Positions 10,997-23,000 of a stretch of 64,000 bases of DNA are shown one piece after another (within the stretch, counting starts at the first letter, position 1; the number at the start of each line of letters is the position of its first letter). The notes under the pieces are model-generated. The model saw only the letters and a program-made list of their open reading frames with translations, ran no database searches and had not been told where the DNA came from. The stretch spans positions 288,001 through 352,000 of the forward strand of contig CAWFGE010000012.1 in the NCBI GenBank assembly GCA_963815195.1. The letters are read 5' to 3'. The position numbers and the translations under genes are program-made. Source of the stretch: an uncultured Planctomycetaceae bacterium. GTDB lineage: Bacteria > Planctomycetota > Planctomycetia > Planctomycetales > Planctomycetaceae.

Positions 10997-12298
10997 ACGT
11001 CAACGGTCCCCACGGCGGACTCGACCTGTACGCCACCCAGGCTGCGATGCCGCCGCCGAGGGCGGCCAGAATCACCAGCGAAACGACGACGCCCACGCTG
11101 CGGTGCCAGCCGGCGAAGACCACGGAGTAAACGGCTTTTAAGAGGTTGTTCGAGGAGGCGGCGATCAGGATGGCGATGGCCGTCGCGGTCTGGTCCAGCC
11201 CGGCGACGCCGCCTTGGGCCACGCTCAATACGAACGGGTCGATGTCCGTGACGCCAACGATCGCGGCCAGCGCAAACACCCCGGCGTGGCCGAAGCGGGA
11301 TTTCACCCAGGAAGAGCCGAGGGAGATTAAAACGAACAGAACCGCGAAGAGCAAAGCCGCCGGGATTTCGAGCGGGTTTTTCGCTTCGGGCGCGGGAACC
11401 TCCTGAACCGTGTCCGTTCGCCCGCCGCGCCACAGGCAAATTGCCGCGAGGATTCCCCCCGCGGCCGCCAACGCCGCCAAAGGCCCCGCCAGGTCCATCG
11501 CCAGCGGAAGATTGAAAATCGCGACGACCACGCCCAGCCGCAGGTACATCATCGCCGTGGACAGGACGATGCCGGACTGGAACTCGTGCCGGTTCCGCGG
11601 ATCCTGCTTGAGCCGTGCGCCAAAACAACGGTGGTCGCGGTCGAGGAATAGAGTCCGCCCAGGACGGACGTGAAGAACAAACTGCCTTGGGGCGATAACA
11701 GTTTCTGGAGCAGATAGCTTCCATAAGACAAGGACGACACCACGATCACGGCCAGCCACACCTGGAACGGCGTGATCGGCGTGAGCGCCAAAACGGGTTT
11801 GTCCGGCAGCAAGGGCAGCACGACGCCGATCAACACGAGAAACTGCGCCAGGGTCAGAATCTCTTTGCCGGGAATGCGCTCCGCCAGGGCATGCAGGCGG
11901 TCGCGGGCGCGGAGCAAAAGCACGGCGGTGACGCTCAGGCCGAACGCCAGCCAAGGCGGTTGCGTCAATGCGACCGGCCCCAACAGAAACGCGACCAGAT
12001 TGCACAGCGGGACCATAATCCCGTCGGCGTATTCGCTGGTTTCCTCGCGGCGAGAGACTTCGGACTGATAATACGGATAAAGCCAGACGCCCAGCACGAT
12101 CAAACCCACGCAGAACGCGGCCGCGAACTTCGGTTCCAGGGCGTAAAGGATCGCCCCGCTCAGCGAAAGCAGCGGGAACGTGCGAATGCCTCCCGGCCGG
12201 CTGCGGGCTGACTTCCAGTAGAAGCCTTCAAACGACAGCCCGAAGAAGAACGACAGCCCCAGCAGAACCCCCAGCTTTTCCGCGGTCAAGAGTTCCAT
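10986..12298 (-). CDS. MgtC/SapB N-terminal + DUF4010 membrane protein (frameshift near 11617)
   Basis: GGIRTFPLL, VLPLLP and LGGLYSSTATT in ORF 11549-12298; NPLEI..ALLF, GVTDIDPF and AASSNNLLK in ORF 10986-12005. Confidence 0.85.
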
Positions 12299-12335
12299 GG
12301 GCCGGGTCTTTCATGAGGCTGCTGAAAGCGAAACC

Positions 12336-13065
12336 TTAAGGCTCCTTCAGCCAGCTCGCGACGAAGGGCTGCTTCAAACTGTATGGATCGAAGAGGATGC
12401 GGCTACGATCGGCGTTTCGTACGAGCTTTCCCATCACCTGGAGCGCTTTCCCGCGCGTCGTCGGGGGCAGGTAGTAAATCATCTTGCGGCAGATGATGAA
12501 GTCGAACGTCTGAGCCGTATCGAACGCGTCCACACTCGATGGCTCGAAGCGGATGCGGTCGCGAAGCTCCGGCAGGGGCCGCCGGGGATCCGTCATCCCG
12601 CGAGTTTGGGCATCGGGTTCCATTTTTGGAAAAAACCGCTCGCAGCGCCTCCATCCACTCCAGGGTTTTCGCGGCGACGCCGGGCGTGTCGTCGTTGCTT
12701 CGAGCCCGCCGCGTTTCCAAGTCCCAGTCGTAAATGCCGCGGCGTGCGATTTCGACCGCGGCCGAGTTGATGTCGATGCCTTCGATTTGAAACTCGATGC
12801 CCGCATCGAGGCACACGGCACCGACGGAATAAGCTTCCTGCCCCGTGGCACAGCCCACGTTTAAGATTTGGAGCGGAACACACGTTTTTCGCCATTCCTC
12901 GACGAGAGCGTCCCGGTATTCTTCGACATCGCGAAACAGGTACGTGTAAGGCACGGAGGTCGCGTTTTGAAGGAAGGCGCGAAATGGCAGAAGCCTTCCG
13001 AGACCTTGGACCAACCAGCCCACAAGCGGTCTGAAGGACGGGGAGAAACTTGCGGTTTTTTCCAT
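12336..13065 (-). CDS. CheR-like SAM-dependent methyltransferase (frameshift near 12600-12650)
   Basis: TYLFRD, NVGCATGQEAYS and GIDIN..A...ARRGIY in one frame; FDFIICRKMIYY in the other. Confidence 0.75.
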
Positions 13066-13199
13066 TGACGTTCCTTGAGTTCAGGAGGTCTCAGAAATTG
13101 AATTCCCGCCTGAGTTCCTGATCGCAATTTCAAACGGACTGGTTGTCGAGAGCCACATTTGAACCGCGCCTTGCTGGTCCGCGTCGCGGGCGTGCTTTT

Positions 13200-13691
13200 T
13201 CAGCTTGAGCCGACTTTCGCCAGCCGGCTTTCCGCGGCGGCTTGGACGGCTTTGACGATTTTATCGTACCCCGTGCAGCGGCAGAGGTTGTTGGCGAGGT
13301 AGAAGCGGATTTCGTCTTCGGTCGGCCGAGGGTTGGAAGAGAGCAAGGCTTCGGTCTGCACGATGAAGCCCGGCGTGCAGATGCCGCATTGCAGAGCCGC
13401 CCCTTCGAGGAACGCTTGCTGGACTTCATCCAGATGGCTGCCGCAGGCGATGCCTTCGATCGTGCGGAGTTCCGCGCCCTCGGCTTCCACGCCGAGCACG
13501 AGGCAACTGACGACGGGGCGGCCGTTCATGAGCACGGTGCAGGCGCCGCAGTTGCCGTTGGAGCAGCCTTCCTTGGTGCCGGTGAGGTCCAGGACATCCC
13601 GCAGGACTTCGAGCAGGGTTTGCCGGGGTTCGCAGAGGAACTCGACGGCATCGCCGTTGATCGTCATTGAGACAACGCGTTTTTTTGACAT
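13200..13691 (-). CDS. Xanthine dehydrogenase / CO dehydrogenase family [2Fe-2S] small subunit (CoxS-like)
   Basis: GTKEGCSNGNCGACTV, QCGICTPG and NLCRCTGY. Confidence 0.93.
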   Translation of the reverse strand: MSKKRVVSMTINGDAVEFLCEPRQTLLEVLRDVLDLTGTKEGCSNGNCGACTVLMNGRPVVSCLVLGVEAEGAELRTIEGIACGSHLDEVQQAFLEGAALQCGICTPGFIVQTEALLSSNPRPTEDEIRFYLANNLCRCTGYDKIVKAVQAAAESRLAKVGSS

Positions 13692-13794
13692 GATTTGTTC
13701 CGAAGTAGTATTCGTGAAATCGTGGTATTTTCTGGAAAGGGAATCATCATTGGGCTGACGCGGGCACCGACCGTAGGTTGGTCTGCTCGCCGGC

Positions 13795-14691
13795 TCATGT
13801 GCCGGGGTGATAGTCGATTTGTTCGCCCTTTGCGCGGGCGATGGCGGCTTTGAGGACGCGCTCGGTGAGGACGCCGGTGATGTGCTTGCGGTATTCCACC
13901 GTGCCCCGCATGTCGGTGATGGGGTGGATGATCTCGCGGGCGGCCTGGGCGGCTTTGGCGAGGAGTTCCTCGGTGATCGGCTGCCCAGCCAACAGGCTCC
14001 CGGCTTTTTCCGCCAACAGCGGCGTGGGGGCGACGGCTCCCAAAGCGATGCGGGCGGAGATAATCTTTTCGCCGGCTTCGTCCAGTTCCACGGCCGCCGC
14101 GACGCCGACGACTGCGATGTCCATTTCGTTCCGGGGAATAAACCGCCGGTAGTGCGAACCGCTCTCGGGCTTCGGCGCGGGAAGGCGGATTTCGAGCAGG
14201 ATCTCGCCGGGCTTTAACACGTTGGTGCCCGGCCCGGTGCAGAAGGCTTCGGCGGGGACTTCGCGGGTGCCGGTTTGGTTGGCGATCACACATGTCGCCC
14301 CGAGCGCGATCAGGCTGGGCGTGCTGTCGGCGGCAGGGCCGGAGTTGCACAAGTTCCCGCCCACGCTGGCCCGGCTCTGGATTTGGATCCCGCCGATGAT
14401 CCGGCAACTGTCCGCGAGGGCCGCGTAGTTCTTGGCGATCTCGGGATTCTCATAAACCCGATAGCAAGGCACCGCAGCGCCGAGCCGAAGCCCGTCCGCT
14501 CCTACGACCAGCCCGTTGAGTTCGGGGATTTTTTTGAGATCGACCAACAGCTTCGGCCGCAGCCGGCCCATGCGGACGTGGTCGATCAAATCGGTGCCGC
14601 CGGCGAGCGGGCGGGCCTGGCCGTTTTGCTCGGCGAACAGGGCGAGGGCTTCCTCGAGCGTGGCTGGTGCTTGAAAATCAAATTCGTGCAT
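13795..14691 (-). CDS. Xanthine dehydrogenase / CO dehydrogenase family FAD-binding medium subunit (CoxM-like)
   Basis: LAGGTDL, QIQSRASVGGNLCN..PAAD and PITDMRGTVEYR. Confidence 0.92.
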   Translation of the reverse strand: MHEFDFQAPATLEEALALFAEQNGQARPLAGGTDLIDHVRMGRLRPKLLVDLKKIPELNGLVVGADGLRLGAAVPCYRVYENPEIAKNYAALADSCRIIGGIQIQSRASVGGNLCNSGPAADSTPSLIALGATCVIANQTGTREVPAEAFCTGPGTNVLKPGEILLEIRLPAPKPESGSHYRRFIPRNEMDIAVVGVAAAVELDEAGEKIISARIALGAVAPTPLLAEKAGSLLAGQPITEELLAKAAQAAREIIHPITDMRGTVEYRKHITGVLTERVLKAAIARAKGEQIDYHPGT

Positions 14692-14807
14692 AGGTGTGGG
14701 CTTTTGGTGTTCGTCTTGAGGGTCAATCGATACCGACACGTCCCTTAGTTTTACCCGCACACGCCCGGCACGAAAAGTCAGCGGCCGGAAGTTCTGTTCG
14801 CGAGCGC

Positions 14808-17800
14808 TCAAGGCTCGACCACGGGCTGAAGTCCGCCGTAGAGCGGCAGGTGGCGGTATTCGATTTCCAGCATGAGGAGTTTGAGGGCGGTCGTATAAAT
14901 CCGGCCGCCGCGTTTTTCCCAGTCGTCCTTGGGAGCCCAAGTGCCGCCGGCCGGGCCGGATTGGTCTTGAGATTCCACGAGCAGTTTGTTGAGGTCTTTG
15001 TTCCAGGCCGCCCAGCGCTCGCCCTGCAGATGATAGAGCACCTGCGTCGCGTAATACCAATAGTACGAGGTGTGCCTTTGGTCTTTTTGCGGGAGGTATT
15101 TCATGAGGTATTCGCTCCCTGCGTCCAAGCGCGGGCTGGACGGCGGCTCGGCGAGGAACTCGAGGCACAACAGGCCCTCGGCGGTCATGGCGGGCGTGGG
15201 GCTGCGGCCGGTGTAGCCGAACACGCCGCCCTGGGGCTTGTTGCCTTCGACCGACGCCAGCCAGCGGCGGACGTTTTGATAGGTCGCCGCCGGCACGTCG
15301 ATGCCCGCCATCTCCGCGCTTTTGAGGGCCATCACCTGCCAGCCGACGACGGAAGTGTCCGCCGCTTCGTTGGGGTTATACCGCCAGCCGCCGGTCGGCC
15401 CGTGCTGGGCTTTCACGATAAAACCGACGGCCTTTTTCGCCGCGTCGCCCAAGCGGGGTTCCCGCGTCATCGCGAAGGCTTCGCAGACGGCGATGGTGGC
15501 GATGCCGTGGCTGTACATGACCTGGTTGTCGCCCTCCCCTTGGATCTTGCCGGCGTCATCCTGGTTTTTCAAAAGCCAATCCAACCCCTTCGTCACGACC
15601 GGGCCGTATTCTTTGGAATCCGGCGTGTGACCGGAGGCCAAGAACGGCAAGAGCGCGAGCCCCGTCGCCGCGGTGTTGGAATGTTCGCTGCCGGCCCCGG
15701 AACAGCGGCCGCCGTGCTTTTCGCAGTTCTTGTGGAACTCGTGCAGGCTCCAACGGCCGTCTTCGTCTTGATGCCTGGCCAACCAGAGCAAGCCGCGCTT
15801 CACGGCGGCTTCTTCCGCGGGATGATTCCCCAGCACCGACGCCAATTCCCGCCGCGTATCGGGATTGCGGAGAGCCAGCATCGAAGACAGCTCCACCGCC
15901 TCCTGGACTTCCACCGGCTGAGACAACTCCGCGAGCGCCGCGGGCGGCTTGAGTGCCCGCCTTTGCAGCTTCGGCTCGAATCGCTTGGGCAAGTCCTGAA
16001 GCGCCTGCGCTTTCGCCAATGCGCGGGGAGAGTTTTCAGGCGAAGCGAGTTTCGGCGGGGCGGCGATGGACTCGGCGAGGGTTCGCTTTTCCGGTGCGCC
16101 CGGGTTTTTGGACGGGGCCGTGTTGCGCGTTTCTTCCGAAGTCTTCGGTTCAATCGGCGAGAGTTCGGGCGACTGATCCAACTCCGCGACCTGGGCGAGT
16201 TGATCGGGCACGGCCGGCTTTTTGAGCGATTCGGGATTTCGTTGGAGAAGCGCACGCGAGAGTTCGGGCATGGGATGATTCAACTCGGCCACCGTCGCGG
16301 GCTTCGAGAGCAACGGCTGGTTCGGTAAAGCCGGATCGGAGTTCTGAATCTCAACCTGCGCGGACACCATCGCCGGCCGGCGGTCGCGGTCTGGGGACTC
16401 GGCGGGAACCAACTGTTCCTCGGCGGGTTTTTGCACCGGCTTCAGATCGGTTTGATCGAGATTCGCGATTTGCTGAAGCTCCGGAGTGCGCGGCTGCCGG
16501 GCGAACTTCGGCAGGACAATCGGGCGATGCGGACGCGACGGGCTGCGGGGAATCCGGCAGCGGCTCGAGCCGCACCGATTGCGGTTTCGCTTCCATCTCT
16601 TGAGGATTCGCCTTCACCGCGGGAACGACCGGTTCCACCGAAGCGGTCTGCGTTTTCTCCAAGGCGGGATTGGTTTGCACCGGGGTCGGCTCGACGGGTT
16701 GGGCTTTCACGGCGGGAAGTTCCGGGAGCGACTCGGCAACGGGCGCCGCCATCGCGACTTGCGGCCGGCTACGGGAGAGCGGCTTGGAAACCTGCGTCGG
16801 CGAGGTCGCGCGAGGCACCACCGCGACCACCGTCTGCGGCACATGGGCCGGCACGTTTTCCAAGAGCGGCAGCGTGTTGTCTTCCGGCAGGAAGGACGGC
16901 GGCTGTTGGCTGCGAGCCGCCTGGGTCGTGTGCGGTTCGCTCGGCCAATCGGGCTGTTCGACGGGCTCCACCGGCGGCAAGTCCGCGACTTTGCTGTAGA
17001 GGTTCTCCCGCGTCCGCTGGGATTGCAACTCCTCTTCATCGACCACCCGGCTCGCGGGCAACGGCTCTTGGAACTCCTTCACAATCGCATCCACCAGTCC
17101 CGGCAGCTTCCACAAAAAGAGGAGCATCACAAAGACCGCATTGATAATCAGACTCGCCGCGAGGAACCGGGCGGGCCAGACCTTCTGCGCCAGCCGCTGC
17201 CGATTCCGCAGCATCAGCCACACCGCGACGATCAACAACATCCCGCAAACGATCGCCGCCCACAACCAAGGATTGGCAAGCGCCTTGAGCCTTGACGTAT
17301 CCCGCGAGGAGTGCTCGTAAACCTCGGCGGCCGTGCTGACATAGAGCCGATCGTTCCCGTCGCGGTCGCTGGCGAACACGAGGCGAAACCCTTCGGGCGA
17401 CAGCGACGGTTCGGTCTCGTGGGCCGGGGTGTTGATGCTCGGTCCCAGGTTTTCCGCCTCGCCGATGATGTCCCCATCCAAAAGCCGCACGCGGTACAGG
17501 TCGAGGTTCGCGTCTTCGCCGGAGCGAGCCGGGCGGTCGGAGGCAAAATACAAAAACGCCCCGTCCGGGGAAACGTGCGGAGCCCCTTCGTTGCTGCCGG
17601 GCAAGTTCAACTCGGCGACCGATTTCACGTCGGCCCATCCCGCTTGATGGTTGTCTCGCTCCGCGCGGTAGAGATCATAAGTCCGCTCGCCCGTTTCCGC
17701 CCGCAGGGTGCCGGCCCATTCGCGGTTTTCCGCAGGCGCGTTCTGCGATGCTTTGCGGGCCATGCGGTCGGTGCGGTTGGAGGCGAAGTATAAAACCTTT

Positions 17801-18576
17801 CCCGATGGACCCGGACAGGGATCGTATTCGTTGGCGGGCGTGTTGATTTGGGGGCCGAGGTTTTTGGGCTTCGACCATTTGCCTTTTTGCCGGGTGGCGA
17901 CGTAGAGATCATAACCGCCTCGCCCGCCTGCGCGGTTTGAGAAAAAGTACAACTCCCGCCCGTCCCGCGAGAGGATCGGCCCCATGTCGTCCGCGTCACT
18001 GTTCAGTTCCGCCACCGGCCGCGGCGTTTCCCATCGGCCCTCGCGAAAATAAGAGCGCACGATCTCCGCCGGCTTGCCGCTTTGCCGGCGGGAGAAATAC
18101 AGCGTCGCCCCGCCGTCGGTGAGCGAAGGGGAAATCGATTCGGGCGAGGATTGATCTTCGGGTTCGGGAACGGGCAGAGATTCCGCCGATTCCCAGACAA
18201 TGAGCCGCCGGGGTGGAGCGGTTTCGCGATCCCATTCGCCGCCGCCGTCGTAGCGGACGACTTCCTCCACGCGCGTCGGCCAGAACCAGGCGATCAACCA
18301 AGCCACTGCGAGGGCGGTCAACAGTCCCGCGGCCTTCTTCACAATCGGCAAGTCCCGCCAGCCTTGACGGAGCCGGCTGATGCTGTTTCCCATCGATTCC
18401 TCCGTTGATCCCGGCGATCGCTCAGCGGTCCATTTTACAAGAGGTTTTAATCGACCCAAGCCGCCGGCTTGCCGGCGGTCCGACGCCAGAGGCGTCGGCT
18501 TGGGTTTGAGGTCCGACGCCAGGGGCGTCGGCTTGGGTTTAAGAACCGTTTCTGATTCGTGATATGGACTCGTCAC
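14808..18576 (-). CDS. Multidomain membrane protein: PD40/TolB-like beta-propeller, TonB/TolA-like TM and Pro-rich linker, C-terminal prenyltransferase/squalene-cyclase-like alpha/alpha barrel (frameshift near 16523)
   Basis: PD40 repeats (P.LS.DG..LYF.S.R, KNLGPQINT..NE..P); three TM segments; P/E/A-rich region; QW-like repeats (QDEDGRW, QHGPTGGWRY, YYWYYATQ, GGRIYTTA); GTGA overlap with the exbD stop. Confidence 0.8.
18461..18542. repeat. REP-like palindromes, including a 33-bp tandem duplication
   Basis: CCGCCGGC-tt-GCCGGCGG then two copies of GGTCCGACGCCAGrGGCGTCGGCTTGGGTTTrA (18477-18509, 18510-18542), each a CCGACGCC/GGCGTCGG hairpin. Confidence 0.8.
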
Positions 18577-18995
18577 GAAGCCCCGCGCCGCTGCAGGACG
18601 GCGATTTCCGATTCCATGCCGACTTTGTTACAGAGGCCCGTGGCTTTGACGGCGTGCTTCAAAGCGCTTTCCTCGTCGCCGTAAATCAGCGCAGCCTGGC
18701 TGGGGTTGTTGCGGTTGGCGGCGGCGAGGACGGCTGCGAGTTCCGCTTCCGTGTATTCCTGGTCCTCGATCACAAACCGCCCGTCCGAGGTGATGTTGAT
18801 CACGAGCTTCGGCGTCATCGAAGCCGGCTGCGCGAGGGCCGCCGTCGGCAGCTTGATCTCGTTCAGCCGCCGTTCTTCGGTGTCTTCCTGATAGCGCGTC
18901 GCGACGAGGAAGAAGATCAACAGCAAAAACACGACATCGATTACGGGCGTCAAATTCGGCCCCTCATAATCATGCGCTTCCGGCGGCAATCGCAT
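18573..18995 (-). CDS. exbD: ExbD/TolR family biopolymer transport protein
   Basis: NLTPVIDVVFLLLIFFLV with the conserved TM Asp; GGTGGAG RBS. Confidence 0.92.
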   Translation of the reverse strand: MRLPPEAHDYEGPNLTPVIDVVFLLLIFFLVATRYQEDTEERRLNEIKLPTAALAQPASMTPKLVINITSDGRFVIEDQEYTEAELAAVLAAANRNNPSQAALIYGDEESALKHAVKATGLCNKVGMESEIAVLQRRGAS

Positions 18996-19085
18996 CGAAC
19001 TCCACCTTATTGATTTAAGAATCGAAACCGTGGATTGTTTGAATGATTGGAACACTCATCGGGACTCATCTTCGCGAATCATACC

Positions 19086-19117
19086 CCTCGTTCCCAAGCC
19101 CCAGCTTGGGAACGAGG
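19086..19117. repeat. REP-like perfect hairpin
   Basis: CCTCGTTCCCAAGC-ccca-GCTTGGGAACGAGG, 14-bp perfect stem between exbB and exbD. Confidence 0.85.
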
Positions 19118-19205
19118 TGGAGAGATGGAAATTCCGCTGGCTCCATTCGTGTAATTCGTGGTTGGCCTCTTCTCGTTTTCGTGTCTTTCGTGGTGCCTCC
19201 CGAAA

Positions 19206-20063
19206 TCATTTCGCCGTCGCCAAAAGGCGTTCCTGGTTCGCGGCGTCTTTTTCGCTGGCGTGGAACTCGCGGCCGGTTTGTTCGAGCGCCCCGAAGCTGG
19301 GCAGGACCTCGGCCAGATGCAGGTCGATCTCGCGGAAGGCCCGGTCGATCTTGGCGTTGAAGTAGGCCGCGCACAACAGGGAAGGAATCGCAATCGCCAA
19401 CCCCGCCGCCGTCGTGAGGAGCGCGAGATAAATCCCCTGAGCGAGGGTTTCGCCTTTGCCGCCCAAGCCGCCGGAACTCGCGGTGTAAAACGCTCCGATC
19501 ATCCCCACGACCGTTCCCAACAGGCCGATCAAGGGGGCGATGCTGCCGATGACGCTCAGCGGGCGAACCCGGCTGCGCAGCTCGGCGATCTCGCGGGCGG
19601 CGGCGTCTTCCAGCGACTTTTCCACCTCCGGCAAAGGCCGGCCCGCCCGCAACAGCCCCGCGCTCAGAATGTTCGTGGGCGGACCATCGAACTTGCGCAC
19701 AGGCTCCGCAGGGCGTTCTCGTCGGCTTCGCGGCCCACGGCGAGTTTTTGCAGTTCCTCAACGAACCCGGGCGGAATCAGCAAATGCCGGCGCGTCGCCG
19801 CGGCGCGTTCGACCGCGATCATCGTGGCATACACGGAAAACGCGCCGAGCACCAACATAAAGCCCCAGCCCGTCGGGCCGCTGTCGGCGATCATCGTCAT
19901 GATCGATGGCGTGCCTTCTTCGCTCGGCCGGCGCGTTTTGACTGTCTGCCGCCGGGTCCGCTGAAAACGCAGGACGGGACAACACCGAAAACGCGATGAA
20001 CATCCCCAACACAACGGCCAAGGAAATCGATGGGGAAAGAATCAATCGGGCGGAGTGCTTCAC
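19206..20063 (-). CDS. exbB: MotA/TolQ/ExbB proton channel family protein (two frameshifts, near 19922 and 19703)
   Basis: APLIGLLGTVVGMI and GIYLALLTTAAGLAIAIP; signal-like N-terminus and first TM lie in the two other frames. Confidence 0.88.
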
Positions 20064-20094
20064 GGAATTTGCCTCCCTCGAGAATTGCGAATGT

Positions 20095-23000
20095 TTATGG
20101 GACGGTCTTGAGCAGTTTCTGGGCATCTTTGACCAAGGCGTGCTGCGGGAATTTTTCGATCACGAACTCCAGTTCTTCGCGGGCTTTCGCCGGTTTTTTG
20201 AGCTGGACAAAGCAGCGGGCCGCCTGGTAATGCCCTTGGACTTTCCATTCTTCGTAAGGGTAACCCAGGGCCGCTTCGAGGTAGTGCTCCCAGGCGGAGT
20301 CGAACTTCTGCTGGGCGAAATCGCATTCGCCGAGCATAAACCGCGCGCGGGCCGCGGTCTCGGTCTCTGTGTCTTTGAGGACCTGCTGGTAATGGCTCCG
20401 CGCGGGATCGAACTTCTTCTGATTCTGTAGCGCAAACGCCAAGCCGTAGCGGGCTTCCACGTGCTGCGGGAACTTCGAGAAGCGATCGACCACCGCCCCA
20501 AAATATTTCTCGGCATCGGCCCACTGTTTCAGGCGCGTCGCGCACTGCCCCGCGCGGTAATGGGCGCGGGGTTGATATTCCTCGGACGGACTCTTCGCCA
20601 GCTCGGCATACAGCGGAAACGCTTGCTCGATCTTGTCCTGGATGTACAGCGACTCGGCCTGAAGCGACACCGCATCGTCGCGATAAGTGCTCTTGGGAAA
20701 GTCGGCCAGCAGCTTTTTCAGCTCGGCGACCGCCTCCGCGTAGGCTTTGCGGTCGTACTGCACCCGGGCGATTTTGTAAAGCAAAAGCTCTTTGAGTTCC
20801 GGCTCGCCGGCTTTGGCAAGACCCCCTTGAAAACTTTTGAGCGCTTCATCGAGTTTGGAGTTGGCCGTGTGATATTCCCCCACGCGGAACAACGCTTCCG
20901 CCGCGAGCGGGCTTTCGGGAAACGTCGCGGCCAGGTGCTCGAAGGTCTCCGCGGCTTTGTCGGCTTGCTTGAGGTTCTGATAGGCAAACGCCAGTTCGTA
21001 ATGGGCCTGGTCCGCTTTCGGCGACTGCGGGGATTCCTTGAGCAGAGTTTCCAAAGCCGTCGCGGCCTTATGGTAATCTTTCTGGGCCGACTGCGAGAGA
21101 GCCAGCGTGAGCCGGGCCTCGGCTTTGCATTCGGCATCGTCCGGATTGGCGGCAAGGTAGGCACCGAGGTCGGCGATCGCTTGCGGATACTGCTTGAGCT
21201 GATAATAACTCGCCCCGCGGAGATACCGCCCGTTGGCCGCCACCTCGGACTTCGGCCACTTGGAGAGAAGCTGCGAAAGCTCCTTGACGGCTGCGTTCTG
21301 GTCGGGCTTTTGAAAAGCACAGGCCCCCAAGCGGTATTGGGCGAGCGGGGCCAACTCATGCTCGGGAAACTTGGCAACGACTTGCCGATAATAGTTCGCG
21401 GCCTCGTCCCATTTTTTTTCCTCCATCTTCAGCCGGCCCAACCGCGAATACGCGTGCGGCAAGAGTTCGCTTTTCGGATAGCGGGAAATCAACTGATTGA
21501 GATCGCCCATCGCCGCCTGCGGGTTTTTGTCGGCTTCCCGTTCCGCCGCGAGCGCGAGCAGCACCTCGTCGCCCCGCGGCCAGTCGGGGTCGGCTTGCCG
21601 GGACCGCTCGAACGCTTGGATCGCCTGTTTGTGCTGCTCTTTCGCCGCGTACGATCGGCCGATGAGAAAATGGGCCTCCGCCAGAAGCGGTTTGTCGGAG
21701 ATTTGTTTCACGCATTCATTCAGCCAAACGGTGGCCGGATCGTGTTGCCCCGAGGCGAACAGGCAATGCCCGACCCGCACCCGCGCGATCGGCGTTTGTG
21801 GATGATCGGACTTTTTCGCGATCAGTTCGCGGTAGAGCTTTTCCGCTTTGGCATAATCCGGTTTCTCTTGCAGGAGTTCGCATTCCCCCGCAATAAAGAC
21901 GACCTCGCCCCACAGCGGATGTTTTTCGGCATCGGTTTTCGCCAGGAAAGCCGCGGCGTGTTGTCGGCCCGCGGGATAATCCGCAACTTCCAGTGCCGCC
22001 CGCGCCGCCCGGTAAAGCGCCTCCGCCGCCAGGGGATGTTGTTGATGGCCGGCCGCGAAATCGGCGAAGCGTTTGAGCGATGCCTGCGCTTCGTTCGGCT
22101 GATCGGCCAAAGCTTCGAGACGGGCGAACTCCAGCTGCGGTTTCATCTCGCCCGCGGCTGGGGACGCGATGGCAGCGTCCAGAACTTGCACCGCTTCGGG
22201 AGACCGCTTCTGCGACCGCAAGGTCTGCCCTAACCAATACGCCGCCTCCGCGGCGTGCGGGGATTCCTTTCGCTTCGCCAAAAGCTCTTTCAGCGAGCGC
22301 TCGGCTTCGGGAAACTTGCCCGCGCGGTAGCGGCTTTTGCCGGCGGCGATCAGGCTGTCCGCGAGATACGTGCTCTCGGGGAATTTGCTGGGCAGCGATT
22401 CAAGCACCTGGGCGGCTTCGGGGAATTTCTCCTGCTGAAACAGCGCCTGCCCGCGCTGAAGTTCCGCAAAGTCCGCGAGCGGAAATTCCTTCACCGCAGC
22501 CGCCTCGCGGAAATAGCGCTCCGCATCGGCGAATTGCGCCCGGCTCATTTTGACCATCCCCAATCGCAACTTCGCCTCCGGGACCTGCGGGTGTTTTCCG
22601 AATCGATTGAGGAACGTCTGAAACGATTTCTCGGCCTCGGCGTGCTGTTCGAGTTCATGCTGCGTCGTGCCGGCGGCCAGATAAATCTCGGGCAACAGCG
22701 GCGAATCTTTGTGGGCATTGATGACCTGGAGATAGGTCTTCACCGCGGCGGGTTTGTCGCCGGCTTGATACTGGCACTCGGCCTGATACCAGCCCGCCTG
22801 CGCCGCCTGGGTGCTTTTGGGATGCCGGCTTTGCATATCGGCGAAGCTCTTGGCGGCTTTCTGATAATCGGCCGGTTTCGCCGAAGCCGCGGCCTGTTGG
22901 TAATAGACCAACCCGAGATTGAACTCCGCCGCGTCCCGGTGGGCGAAGTCTTTGTGCCGGGCGAGCAACTGCTCGAACGCCTCGGCCGCGTGGGAAAAAT

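Noticed and set aside
12336..13065. Chemotaxis operon
   Set aside because: No MCP, cheA, cheW, cheB or cheY nearby.
13200..14691. Aerobic CO dehydrogenase
   Set aside because: The diagnostic large subunit is absent, so the substrate cannot be assigned.
14808..15850. Squalene-hopene cyclase enzyme
   Set aside because: Only one barrel of about 340 aa with QW-like repeats and no DXDD motif; the fold is similar but the function is unsupported.
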